This document shows, in pieces, positions 24,223 through 34,803 of a stretch of DNA of 36,921 nt. A program made the translations under genes and the position numbers. Positions within the stretch are counted from its first letter, which is position 1, and each line of letters begins with the position of its first letter. The DNA is taken from the NCBI RefSeq assembly GCF_001194135.2, contig NC_068985.1, forward strand, positions 74,418,279 to 74,455,199, given 5' to 3'. Below the pieces are notes generated by a model, which was not told where the DNA came from, did not search any database, and saw nothing but the letters and a program-made list of their open reading frames with translations. Source of the stretch: Octopus bimaculoides (lineage: Eukaryota).

Positions 24223-24271
24223 GTCTCCGATGAAGGGAAGTACTGGATCTTCCCAGAAACAGCTGTAAGAC
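24223..24271 (+). ncRNA. Candidate minimal type-I hammerhead ribozyme motif, Penelope-like-element tail type, variant core
   Basis: GTCT|CCGATGA|A-GGGAAG-TACTGGAT-CTTCCC-A|GAAA|C-AGCT-G|TA|AGAC: stem I GTCT/AGAC, 6-bp stem II, palindromic stem III ACAGCTGT, NUH = GUA. Deviations from consensus: U4C and an A-A pair closing stem II. Confidence 0.5.
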
Positions 24272-24404
24272 TTTATCCATAAAAAAAAATTTCCAACCTT
24301 ACCATTGCTCTCTTTANNNNNNNNNNAGTCATTCTCTTTTAGTGCCTTATAATTTAACATGTTCACCGGTAAAATTTCCACTCATTTACTTATTTATTTT
24401 TCTA

Positions 24405-24479
24405 AAATTTACGTTGTGTCTTGCAACCTTTTCAATAGTCAACAACTATCGAACAGGTTGCAAGACACAACGAAAATTT
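24405..24479. repeat. Near-perfect inverted repeat: 35-bp arms (32/35 paired), 5-nt loop
   Basis: AAATTTACGTTGTGTCTTGCAACCTTTTCAATAGT-CAACA-ACTATCGAACAGGTTGCAAGACACAACGAAAATTT. Confidence 0.9.
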
Positions 24480-24487
24480 GACAGAGA

Positions 24488-24870
24488 ATAGGAAAACAAA
24501 AATAGTGTTAATTGAGAAAGATCATAGATATAGCAGGCCCAGCTGACAACAAGGTATGCGATAAGTGAGTAAGAAAAGTCGATAGATATGAGGGGTTAGC
24601 TTGGGCGGTTAAACAGTTGTGGTCACTGAAAAAGGTGGTAGTAATACCAATAACTGTCGGAGCGCTGGGAACCGTGAATAAAAATCTCGAGAAGTACATG
24701 GAACAGATAGGGGCAGTAATAAGTGTGGGGCACTTGCAGGAAACTGCACTGCTTGGGACCGTCCGAATACTCCGGATGATGTTCGAAAAATAAGGGGCTA
24801 TACGTTAGGTCACTGGTAAAGAACAGCTGGCACTGTAGTACATCTCCAGCCTTAGAAGTTGTGCAAAGAC
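24488..24870 (+). mobile_element. 5'-truncated R4/Dong-type non-LTR retrotransposon (restriction-like endonuclease C-terminus and 3' UTR)
   Basis: 24521-24793 reads IIDIAGPADNKVCDK*VRKVDRYEGLAWAVKQLWSLKKVVVIPITVGALG...LQETALLGTVRILRMMFEK*, the typical RLE-domain pattern (IIDI-P-D, K--KY--L, VIPI-VGALG, LQK-ALLGT-RILR). Followed by (CAA)n(TAA)n. Confidence 0.82.
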
Positions 24871-24892
24871 AACAACAACAACAACAACAACA

Positions 24893-24958
<66 letters not shown>
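24869..24958. repeat. (CAA)~8 + (AAT)~22 microsatellite
   Basis: Direct inspection. Confidence 0.97.
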
Positions 24959-24960
<2 letters not shown>

Positions 24961-25352
24961 ATTTCCTGATGCAGTACCAGGTGGTGACTCTTATGTCTTC
25001 TGACCTTAACTGACTGGAAGTGTTATCATGTACATTGTTTTGTCATGGTATAAAAGATGGGCTACAGCAAATATTGTGCTCAATACCACAGTTTTGCTTG
25101 TCAGTCGTTTGACCTTATACAGTTGAGCCTGTCTCGTAGTGGCTGGCGATATATGCATCACTGATCACGAGCAGGAAGTAGTGGGGTTTGGATAATTCAC
25201 CTTTGGGAATATGGCTTCTTCGTTCAACAACGTTAAGTACCCCTTATTCAGGAACATTTTGAGTAGGATATATCCTTACCAGACGGGTAGTGATATTGTG
25301 TATACTCGACTTCGTGTATTTTACTCCAGTATCACTTTGATGGCATGCATTG
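24959..25352. mobile_element. Unclassified ~390-bp interspersed repeat flanked on both sides by (AAT)n
   Basis: Higher-GC island between (AAT)22 and GATAATAATGATAATAATGATAATAATAA; recalled as an abundant octopus repeat, family not assigned. Confidence 0.4.
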
Positions 25353-25927
25353 ATAATAATGATAATAATGATAATAATAAAACTGATATATTTCATTTCA
25401 TGTACACCTCTTAAAAGATAAGCGTGACCATGAAATGTAAGGTACTAAACAGAACGTGGCAAATGATAGAGATTTTATTCCTCACACTGTAGCATCTCTG
25501 GTCTTACATCTCTTGTATCTAAATACACAAGGTTCGTTTTTTTATATATACATTTGCCACTGAGTATGTAACTAAATAAGTTTCAAACCTGAGGCTATAT
25601 TCACCTAAACGTTGTATTGCTAAATACAAATCTATATAGAAATTCTCACTTCGATCTATGTTTTCAAAGCAGTCTTAATTTCTCTGTGTTTCAATATAGT
25701 TGTAAATGTGTGTCCCGGTGTGAACACTTGGGCCTTTACTTTCTTATAGTAATGGTAAGAGAGCATATTACGAAGTGTGTAGAGACAACACGAGCTTTCA
25801 AAACTCTCTCCTAAAATACAAAACACATAACTCCTATACTGGTAAACAAAATGGTTATAACTAAGCAGAATGTTTACAAACACCATTTATTTCATACAGT
25901 ATTTTATATTCCTGTGCGTAGTTCTGT

Positions 25928-26228
25928 GAAGGCACTTAGCCTAGTGGCTAGATGAGTGGGCTTGCGGTCAAGGAATCACAGGTTCGAATCTCAGACCGGG
26001 CGATGTGTGTGTTTATGAGCGAAATACCTAAGCTCCACGCGGCTCCGGCATAAGGTAATGGCGAAATTCCGCTGACTCTTTCGCCACAACTTTTTCTCAT
26101 TCTTTCCTTTTGAACCTAGCAGCTCACCTGTAATGGACCGGCGTCCAATCCAGGTGGTGAACATATGCGCCATTGAAATCGGGAAACCGGACCTTGTGGG
26201 CCAGGCATGGCTCAAGAAGGAACAAACA
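25928..26228 (+). mobile_element. Full-length tRNA-derived SINE (Octopus OK-like) with intact Pol III boxes
   Basis: A-box TAGCCTAGTGG (25937), B-box GGTTCGAATCT (25981), body GACCGGGCG...TAAGCTCCACGCGGCTCCGGCA, tail GGCATGGCTCAAGAAGGAACAAAC. Confidence 0.8.
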
Positions 26229-26531
26229 TTTTTCATTCTATGACTTGTAGGTGTAGATTTAGTGTGAAATTACATTCTCTCTCCCTTAGTCACACACACA
26301 CACACACACACACACACATTATATATATATATATATATGGGGGATGTATGTGCGGATGGGTAGTTGATTAGGCTTGTGTATATATGCATGCCTAAATGGT
26401 CATTGTTCCATCTCAGATGATTACTTTTTCCTTCTGCTCTTTCAATGATTTGGGCCAAAGGTGACAGATGAATGCGGTAACTTACTGTATGCTTCCACCT
26501 TGGCCTTTTTCTATCGCCATAATACTTTCAG

Positions 26532-26620
26532 GAGATGGCATGACAAATGAAGTTACCATAAAGAGAAACTTGGATGTCATTGGATTATATAGCGATAAAA
26601 GCTTGTGCAACTCGCATAAC
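26532..26620 (+). CDS. Candidate 89-bp internal coding exon, product unknown (GDGMTNEVTIKRNLDVIGLYSDKSLCNSHN)
   Basis: Acceptor ATACTTTCAG|G and donor AAC|GTGAGT; only one frame is open (phase 1 to 0). No homology recognised. Confidence 0.25.
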
Positions 26621-26974
26621 GTGAGTGTGGATCTCCAAGAAGAATGGTGTGACAAGAGCTAGAGGACACTTAATCCCAGTGGTTTTCGTGTGTGCCTTGA
26701 TGCCACGCAAAGCTATATCTGCACCCCTTCAATTAGATGGAATATCATGTGTATGATTTTAAATTGCATCCAGTAGTGAGGTTATGGTTCGGGAGTTCTA
26801 GGATTTTGAGGAAACAACTATTCGTAGTTATTATTCCCAGGTTGACTCTGACACGCAGTAGTAACACCTGTTAATGTCCCACCTATGGGATGACTACTAT
26901 ACCGGATATGCTTGCCTGCACCTTTACAAACAGACAGACACACACACAAACACACACACACACANNNNNNNNNN

Positions 26975-27026
<52 letters not shown>

Positions 27027-27599
27027 CACATATATAAACATGGTAAAGTTAAAATGACATAATTATTCGTAATATATATTTATGTGAACTACAGACACAG
27101 CTATCCGATATTTATACTGTGTTTTTCAATTAACAATTACTCAAGGCGTTGAAGATGTATATTTGTAATTCTTCATGTCTGCTTTTAAGCATAACTATGA
27201 CTAAACTAACAAATTGCTTTCATACCACTACATTCAGAAGAATCTTCACGTATGTACGCACACAAATTTGGCAAACAAATCATGATTTAATTCAAATTTT
27301 GCCCTTCTGACTTGTCATTCTTATGTGTTATTTACTTCAAGCTACCAATTTGTCTGCATTCCTAGAACGCTTCTTGATGAACAATTATTTAGCATCCCAA
27401 CGCACCTAACTCAACAAGTCTTTCTCAATAGTTTTTTTTTTACTGTTTCTTACATCTCATTTTTTAAATTGAATGTCTGCTAAAATTTTAATTCACAGAC
27501 AATTTTGCTAATTGAATACTGATATTCATTATTCACATTCAGCTTTTATCAGATTACACTTAATTCATTTTAAAATAGGTCTGTCTCCTTCTTCTAGAT

Positions 27600-27660
27600 A
27601 CACACGCACACACATACACACAAATACACACACACGCACACACACACGCACACACACACA

Positions 27661-27722
<62 letters not shown>
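27600..27722. repeat. (CA)n microsatellite
   Basis: Direct inspection. Confidence 0.95.
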
Positions 27723-27724
<2 letters not shown>

Positions 27725-28820
27725 TATAGTGAGAATTTACAAAAAAGACGTAAACGGATGTGTAAACAACAAACAGATGTATTACTTCAACGCTCGGGGA
27801 GAAAGTCGTTTACGTTTCGAGCCTACGCTCTTCGACAGAAAGAACACAGAAATAAACAGAGAGAGAAAATAGAAAAGGTTTAGTGGATAGCGATCTATCA
27901 TGATATGTATATATATATAGATAGATAGATAGATATACAGATATATAAATTACACTCCAAGAGAGATGTACAAACAAACTCGCATACATACACACGTGTA
28001 TATATATGTATATAAATATATATATGTATGTATGTATTATTATAAAGTTATATATATATATATATATATATGNNNNNNNNNNNNNNNNNNNNNNNNNNNN
28101 NNNNNNNNNNNNNNNNNNNNNNNNNNNNNNNNNNNNNNNNNNNNNNNNNNNNNNNNNNNNNNNNNNNNNNNNNNNNNNNNNNNNNNNNNNNNNNNNNNNN
28201 NNNNNNNNNNNNNNNNNNNNNNNNNNNNNNNNNNNNNNNNNNNNNNNNNNNNNNNNNNNNNNNNNNNNNNNNNNNNNNNNNNNNNNNNNNNNNNNNNNNN
28301 NNNNNNNNNNNNNNNNNNNNNNNNNNNNNNNNNNNNNNNNNNNNNNNNNNNNNNNNNNNNNNNNNNNNNNNNNNNNNNNNNNNNNNNNNNNNNNNNNNNN
28401 NNNNNNNNNNNNNNNNNNNNNNNNNNNNNNNNNNNNNNNNNNNNNNNNNNNNNNNNNNNNNNNNNNNNNNNNNNNNNNNNNNNNNNNNNNNNNNNNNNNN
28501 NNNNNNNNNNNNNNNNNNNNNNNNNNNNNNNNNNNNNNNNNNNNNNNNNNNNNNNNNNNNNNNNNNNNNNNNNNNNNNNNNNNNNNNNNNNNNNNNNNNN
28601 NNNNNNNNNNNNNNNNNNNNNNNNNNNNNNNNNNNNNNNNNNNNNNNNNNNNNNNNNNNNNNNNNNNNNNNNNNNNNNNNNNNNNNNNNNNNNATATATA
28701 TACATGCATGTATTTGTTTATATATATATATATATATATATATATTCCCATGTATATGTAACCAGCATAATGTATTTAAACTACTTTTTAGATATGGAAC
28801 CACAGTCAAGTTTTATTAAT

Positions 28821-29000
28821 TTACTTGCTTCAGTTATTAGACTTAGTCGATGGTGGAGCAGCACCGAGCAGGATCTTTGTTCAACGAATCAACCCCAGCC
28901 TGGTATTTACTGTATTGTCTTTTTTTTTTTTTACTACGACAAAAACACGCTAGTGTGTGTGTATATCAGGCGGTGGTGTGGTACCGACAATCATACCTCA
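28821..29000 (-). mobile_element. OR1-like SINE 3' tail, degenerate
   Basis: TTACTTGCTTCAGTTATTAGAC...ATGGTGGAGCAGCACC...GAATCAACCCCAG parallels 5725-5805. Confidence 0.55.
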
Positions 29001-29699
29001 CAAAGACCAATAAATAGACATAGATATGCACAAATACAGATATATATAAATGCACCCACACACATACACTTACTGACAACCTCACTCACACACAGGCATA
29101 TGCATTACTATATACATACAACAGGTGAGATCAAAAGAGGCTCAGTTAAGACAACACGAGGTAGTACTCAAGTGATTTGAACATAATCTCCGAAGTTGTT
29201 ATCTAGGAGTAAGTCCGAGGGTTAAACAATTACTATAAGAAGATTACATGTGTGCTTATATTGAGCAAATAAACACCCTTCGGTTTTATATATAACATAT
29301 ACATTGTACATATAAACATGTAAATATATATGGGTATAAATAGAGTGAAAGAAAGACTTGCAATATTCAGCAGATGATCTCTCGTATATAAGCATATGGC
29401 TATTTATATATTTACAGAACAAATTTCCACGGAATGTAAAAAATGCAAAAAAACTAATGGGAGAGGGCATTGTATTTCAGATAGGAGAGTTTTTCTTGGG
29501 GCTCGGAATTACGTAATAATTGTATAGTTTGCAAATGTTGTTTATAGGCTACAAAATGTCAGATATGCGACCATTAACGGTGACATATAAAGGTCATTGT
29601 AAATGTGACCGCCATGTCCAGGGTGGAATGCGCTGCAACCTGCGGTGTAGATCATAATTCGAGTTAAAAGTATAATGGGTGATCAAGGCTAATAGCAGT

Positions 29700-30298
29700 A
29701 GGTGAAGGAGGATATAGGTGGTTCAGCGGGGGTGGGAATGTTGAGTCAAAGGATCGGCAAGAAGAGAGAGGAGAGGCAGGGCCAGGAGATGAAGGGACGA
29801 TAACTAGAAGATTTTTAAAGAGTAGAAGATTGACGTGGTTGTTGAGGGTGTTGATAACAGATGTTATTAATCACAAATGATGGAAATTATTCAACGAAGC
29901 GATGAATGAACTAGAAAATGGGGTTGGGATAGCGGGGCCAGAGGGGCTACTCAAAAATGGAAGTACGATGAAATGAAAGGAAGAGATACACTTATAGATG
30001 CCCCAGCAAGAGAAAGGGTTAGAAACCTGAAGGTTGGATTGCGGCAGAGGAAAACTACTGAAGTAGGAATAACTGTACAGAGAGATAGCCGGAGAGGGAG
30101 AAATGGAGGGGTATGTTCGTAGCTATACCAAGGGTTAACTTGTACTAAATGGTTCTGGTGATGATGAAGTATGGGGAGATGGGGAAAAATTGTGTGACGG
30201 TATTGTAGTGGCATAGGAGCCTGTGTTATGTAAGAAGGAATATGCGAAGGAAATCGACGGAGAAAGAAATACATATAGCAAAGGAGGGATAAGCTCAC
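29700..30298 (-). pseudogene. Highly decayed Penelope-like element reverse transcriptase fragment
   Basis: C-rich minus strand with ordered motifs PSYI, SLCTVIP (cf. SLYTxIP), SSYFHF (cf. N-F-F) and a frameshifted GP-YPN-F (cf. GPSYANLF). Confidence 0.5.
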
Positions 30299-32098
30299 CA
30301 GATAGATAGTTTCTACGAAAAGATCTTAAGTGCTATCTTAAGCTTAAACTCGTACTTTTCTTTCTTAATACGGAAGTAATATTTTCATCAAAGTTCCTTA
30401 TAAACAGGGCAGTGTGTTTTGCCCTACACTTAAAAGAATAATCCCTTTTGCGTAACAGAAACGAAACACGAGTCGTATGAATTGCACATTGCTTACTAGA
30501 CCGACCCTTGAGAAATCAGTGCTTGTAGCGACACCTTCCCTAGCTAGAAAACAAGCTGCCACTTCATATTCTTCGCGATTAATTTCAACAGCACGCTGAG
30601 ATCCACTTCAACTATCACTCTAAACTAGATTCATTGTTCTATTTCCAGGGATACCAAGCCATCCAGCTGTAATTGCAAGTCGTTTAGAAATTCATGGAGA
30701 AACTCAACCTCGAAATATTCTTCCCCGCTCCCTCTCCATACAGAATTCTGTTCGGCCTGCAACCTTGCTTGCAAAAACCGTTTACATTTTTATTATTCTA
30801 AGAAAATGCATTACGTTTCATCTTATAGGTATAATTTCAAACATCGAACCCAGCGTATCAAACTATCAGTAGTTTTCTTGCACCAGAGGCATCCAAACCG
30901 ACACGTCCACCTGTGACCCATTTTGATCATTTCAGATATCTTAATTATCCTTGATTCGGGATCTCAGGCAGCTCAGCCACATTTTGGTCACTTATTCTCA
31001 CTTGAATATACAGCACACCTTCCAAAATCTGAGCTATAAAAGAGTTTGATACTGCAGGCCCCGTTTTGGATATAGGAAGTCTAATCATTTGTTCGCCTTT
31101 TGTAATAATACCAAGCAATCCTGAAATTTTGAGACTAATAAATTAATACGCCTAGTCAGTCGCTCTCCTTCCTATATCTGTTAGCATTTTCACTTCATTC
31201 TTTACAAATTCAAAATACGTTCTCTCTGGAAAATGGGCTGTAAATGGTTTTGTATACGCTTGAGTGTGTCGAAACGTCTAGGCAGAATAGAGGCAGCTGA
31301 CGAAGGATTAATTCCAGGTGGCTATCTGTTTCCTATGTGTTCGTTCTGTTGTCAGTAGTTTATTGTTCTAACGTTCTGTACCCTGATATGCATCTATATA
31401 CACATGTAGATGTAAGTATGTACATATATGTGTGTATACATGCATATATATTCTTTGTATTATATATATATATATATATATNNNNNNNNNNNNNNNNNNN
31501 NNNNNNNNNNNNNNNNNNNNNNNNNNNNNNNNNNNNNNNNNNNNNNNNNNNNNNNNNNNNNNNNNNNNNNNNNNNNNNNNNNNNNNNNNNNNNNNNNNNN
31601 NNNNNNNNNNNNNNNNNNNNNNNNNNNNNNNNNNNNNNNNNNNNNNNNNNNNNNNNNNNNNNNNNNNNNNNNNNNNNNNNNNNNNATATGCCCTAAATTC
31701 CCTTTATTATAAATGAATTCAGGCGTTGTCGGCACACCTCTCAGAAAATAAAAATATTGATAATCATCTGTGTGAATTCCAATGTTTCAACGTGCTTCAG
31801 AATGATTTTTCTATCATCTAAACTATCAAGTGTCTTAAATTGGCATCACTAAACAATATATGTCCACAAAAGAAATGTATGTTGAATTAACGTTCAATGT
31901 CTCTTTCCAGCACTTATAACGCATTGTTATAGTTATTCAGCATCTGTAATTACATATGGTTATTACGCATTGTAACTTTTGAACACTTACACTTTGAAAG
32001 TAAAATTTTTATGAATCCTGTCTGACAAGGCTATGAACAGAAACTGAACATGAAATTAATATGTATTTTCTGAAATTTTAGTTTTGTTATCACAGCTT

Positions 32099-33835
32099 AT
32101 GGCTTCATCTCCACACCTCTAAAAATAAGAATGTCAAAAGAAAATTTCAACACAAGTGGACAAATAACGTCTTTGAAGTAAAAAAAACCAAAAAACAGAA
32201 AGAAACAGACCATCGTGTTTACTATGCAATGGATACCATTTCGCTTTCAGAATATTTAATTTTAAAAAACATTACGATTCAAAACATTAGGAATATGCAC
32301 ATTTATCAGAGATATTGCAAAGCAAATATATTGAAGCCCTCGAGAAACACATAGATTGCCTAAACAAGCTCTCTTCTAAAGAGCAGACAATACTCGAATG
32401 AATAGTACATGCATGCTGTCTTGTTAGTGAAAACACATTAGAAATATTTTTGCTAGCGGTGAATTTGTTACAGAATATGTTTTGACTGTGGCTAAAATTT
32501 TATGCCCGGACAAGTAAAATATGTTTGACGTAATCAGTTTTGAAGGATGTAGCAAGACATGTTTAAGGAATTGGAGCAAATATCTAGCGGGGAAATGTCA
32601 GAAAAAATAAATGATTGTTTTTTCCTCACAGGCTAACAGCGAATGATAGGATTTATCCTAGGCAGCTAAACTAGCAATTTCCATACGTGGTATTGATAAA
32701 TCATTTCATACCACAGAAGAATTATTTGCTGTTCAAAGTATGAAAGAAGTTCCCGTTATGGAATATAACATCTATGCAAAATTGAAGAAAACAGCAACGA
32801 ATTTGAATCTCCCGCTTGAAAGGCATGTCAATATAAAAGAGTACACGGAGACTCAGCAATGTCTGGGCCTATTTGTGTAAGCTTTCTATATAGATTAAAA
32901 TACGAATTTCTTTCTTTGACTTTAAGAAACTGTGACTTTGCAAGTAGTCATTGCATCAAGAAAACCTGTAAAATCTGAATATATTATGCGAGTAGTTTTA
33001 TAAATAGTCGCTAGTGTAAATACTCATGAAAATTGAATCCAAGATTGGAGATCTAGTTTACTACAGAGCAGTTTGCTAATTAAAAGTGAAAATGTTTCAG
33101 CGATTATATACTCACAGTGAATAGGTATGCGCGTTTTTTAGAAATGAATGGCAAATTCCTCTGCGAGCTAACAGATGATAACTAAATACATGACATTGTA
33201 TTTCGCTTTGATATCGCTATCCAAGTAAAGGATCTTAACTTAAGATTACAAAAGTAAAATCTGCTGATAAATGCGATGTATTGGCATGCCAAAAGTTTTG
33301 GAAACGGATCTCATGCTTAGAAGAATCAACTCAGGTGTGGTGACACTTTCTATTTCCCCACACTAGCTAACCATAGCGAGAGTGGATTCAATGGTTTGTG
33401 CTCTGGAGTTTAATGAGCAGAAAAAAAGAGCTGAACAACAGATATAAATGGGTTCAAAGCTAGAGAAGATCATTTTCTATATTTTTGGAAATCTATATAC
33501 CGTTGATGCTGAAAAATAATATGGCAGGAACTACTATTTGAAATAACTGAGCTTCACCAAATATTTTTTGCAGTTTTATGGATCTCTTCCTGAAAAAGCG
33601 ATACCAAAATATAATGTAATTCGTTAAAAGCTATGCTACATTATTTGGTAATACATATAAATAAAATAAAAAAACTTTTTTGAAATGACAAAAATACAGT
33701 CGAGGTCAAAATTTATAGATACCCATCAAAATTGAAATCTATGAGCGCCAAAATGAGAAATATTTGTAAATATTGACAAAGATATTCTTTTTAAAGTTAC
33801 AACACTCTCTCAGGAAGATTTGCAAGTAAGTTATT
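32099..33835 (+). pseudogene. Decayed hAT-superfamily transposase (SPIN/Charlie group, GTF2IRD2/EPM2AIP1-like)
   Basis: Ordered fragments RKFQHKWT, (P)CLLCN...KKHYDSKH, GEFVTEYVLTVAKILCPDK, AKLAISIRGIDKSFHTTEEL, HGDSAMSG (cf. TDGAPAMxG), DLNLRLQK..LINAMY, LFGNTY. Many frameshifts; TIRs not confidently found. Confidence 0.78.
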
Positions 33836-33978
33836 TCTATTTACGTCAACAACAAACGGATGTACAACGCTGCTTGTTTGTATATTATTGGACAATACTT
33901 TATTTTTGTATATGGTCTTGTTGGATTATTTTCTTAGCTTTGCTTAGCTCTTGCACAATATTTCGTTCGTTATAAGAC

Positions 33979-34150
33979 GGCGAGTTGGCACAAGCGTTAC
34001 ACGCCGGGCGAATTGCTGAGCGTTATTTCGTCTGTCTTTATTTTCGTAGTTCAAATTCTGACGAGGTCGACTTTGCCTTTCGGGATCGATAAATTAAGTA
34101 CCAGTTGCGTACTGGAGTTGATCTAATCGACTGGCCTCCAAACAATGAAA
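33979..34150 (+). mobile_element. OR2-like tRNA-derived SINE
   Basis: GGCGAGTTGGCACAAGCGTT head, AGTTCAAATTCTGACGAGGTCGACTTTGCCTTTC, GATAAATTAAGTACCAGTTGCGTACTGG, CTAATCGACT. Confidence 0.8.
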
Positions 34151-34583
34151 TTAATTAACAGTTAAATTAAAAACGCTTAGTAAAATATTGACATACGCAT
34201 TATGAAAATATTCAATGTTTTCCTCAGTGCTGGGATGAAACGATATTCATATTTCATAGTTAGTTGATTTGCAGGTACGTATTTTCCTTTAATAATACCG
34301 TAATGTATCACTGCAATAGAGTGTGATAATAGCGCTATCATCAGTGATAATGAAAACATGATTGATCCAAAAGGAAACTTTACCCATTTCTGAAGCACTC
34401 ACCTATGCGTATGGACTTATCTGGTGAAAATGGCTACAGTTCATTAAACGGTAAATTATTTTAATTTTCTTTCTAGTCATGTGGCTAACTTTCTGTCCAG
34501 AAATGTCTCATTCAGACCTATACTCGAAAAGTTTGCCAATTTCTCGAACACACTTTATTCGATAGATTTCTACTCTTTTTCAG

Positions 34584-34803
34584 TTCAAAACAGTTCACTC
34601 ACCAGCCTCGGCTGGAGCAGCGAGATTTAACCGGTACTCTGCCTAACAACTTATTCCATAATGCGACTCCTGAGCTACATAATTCTCTTGATTTTCTCCG
34701 ATCTCTGACAACAACACATTCTGTACCTCCCAAGTTCATTTTTTTTACCTCATCCGCGGTTTCGGCACCTTGGTGTCCTGACCCAATGTTCTCATACTCC
34801 TAA
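34584..34803. other. Exon-like higher-GC island open on both strands; strand unresolved
   Basis: Minus: acceptor TTTTCCTTTAG at 34800, 65 open codons, donor TG|GTGAGT at 34603 or stop plus AATAAA at ~34555. Plus: acceptor CTCTTTTTCAG at 34583, open to TAA 34801-34803, AATAAA at 34844. Confidence 0.25.

Noticed and set aside
25928-26000. tRNA gene
   Set aside because: A and B boxes are present, but there is no acceptor stem or cloverleaf closure and the sequence continues into a SINE body.
31720-33875. hAT TIR pair CAGGCGTTGT (31720) / ACAACGCTG (~33865)
   Set aside because: Only ~9 nt match with an indel, and no 8-bp TSD.
34403-34433. 18- or 31-nt minus-strand microexon before AG|GTGAGT
   Set aside because: Introduces a stop in the phase needed to join the upstream candidate exon; unsupported.
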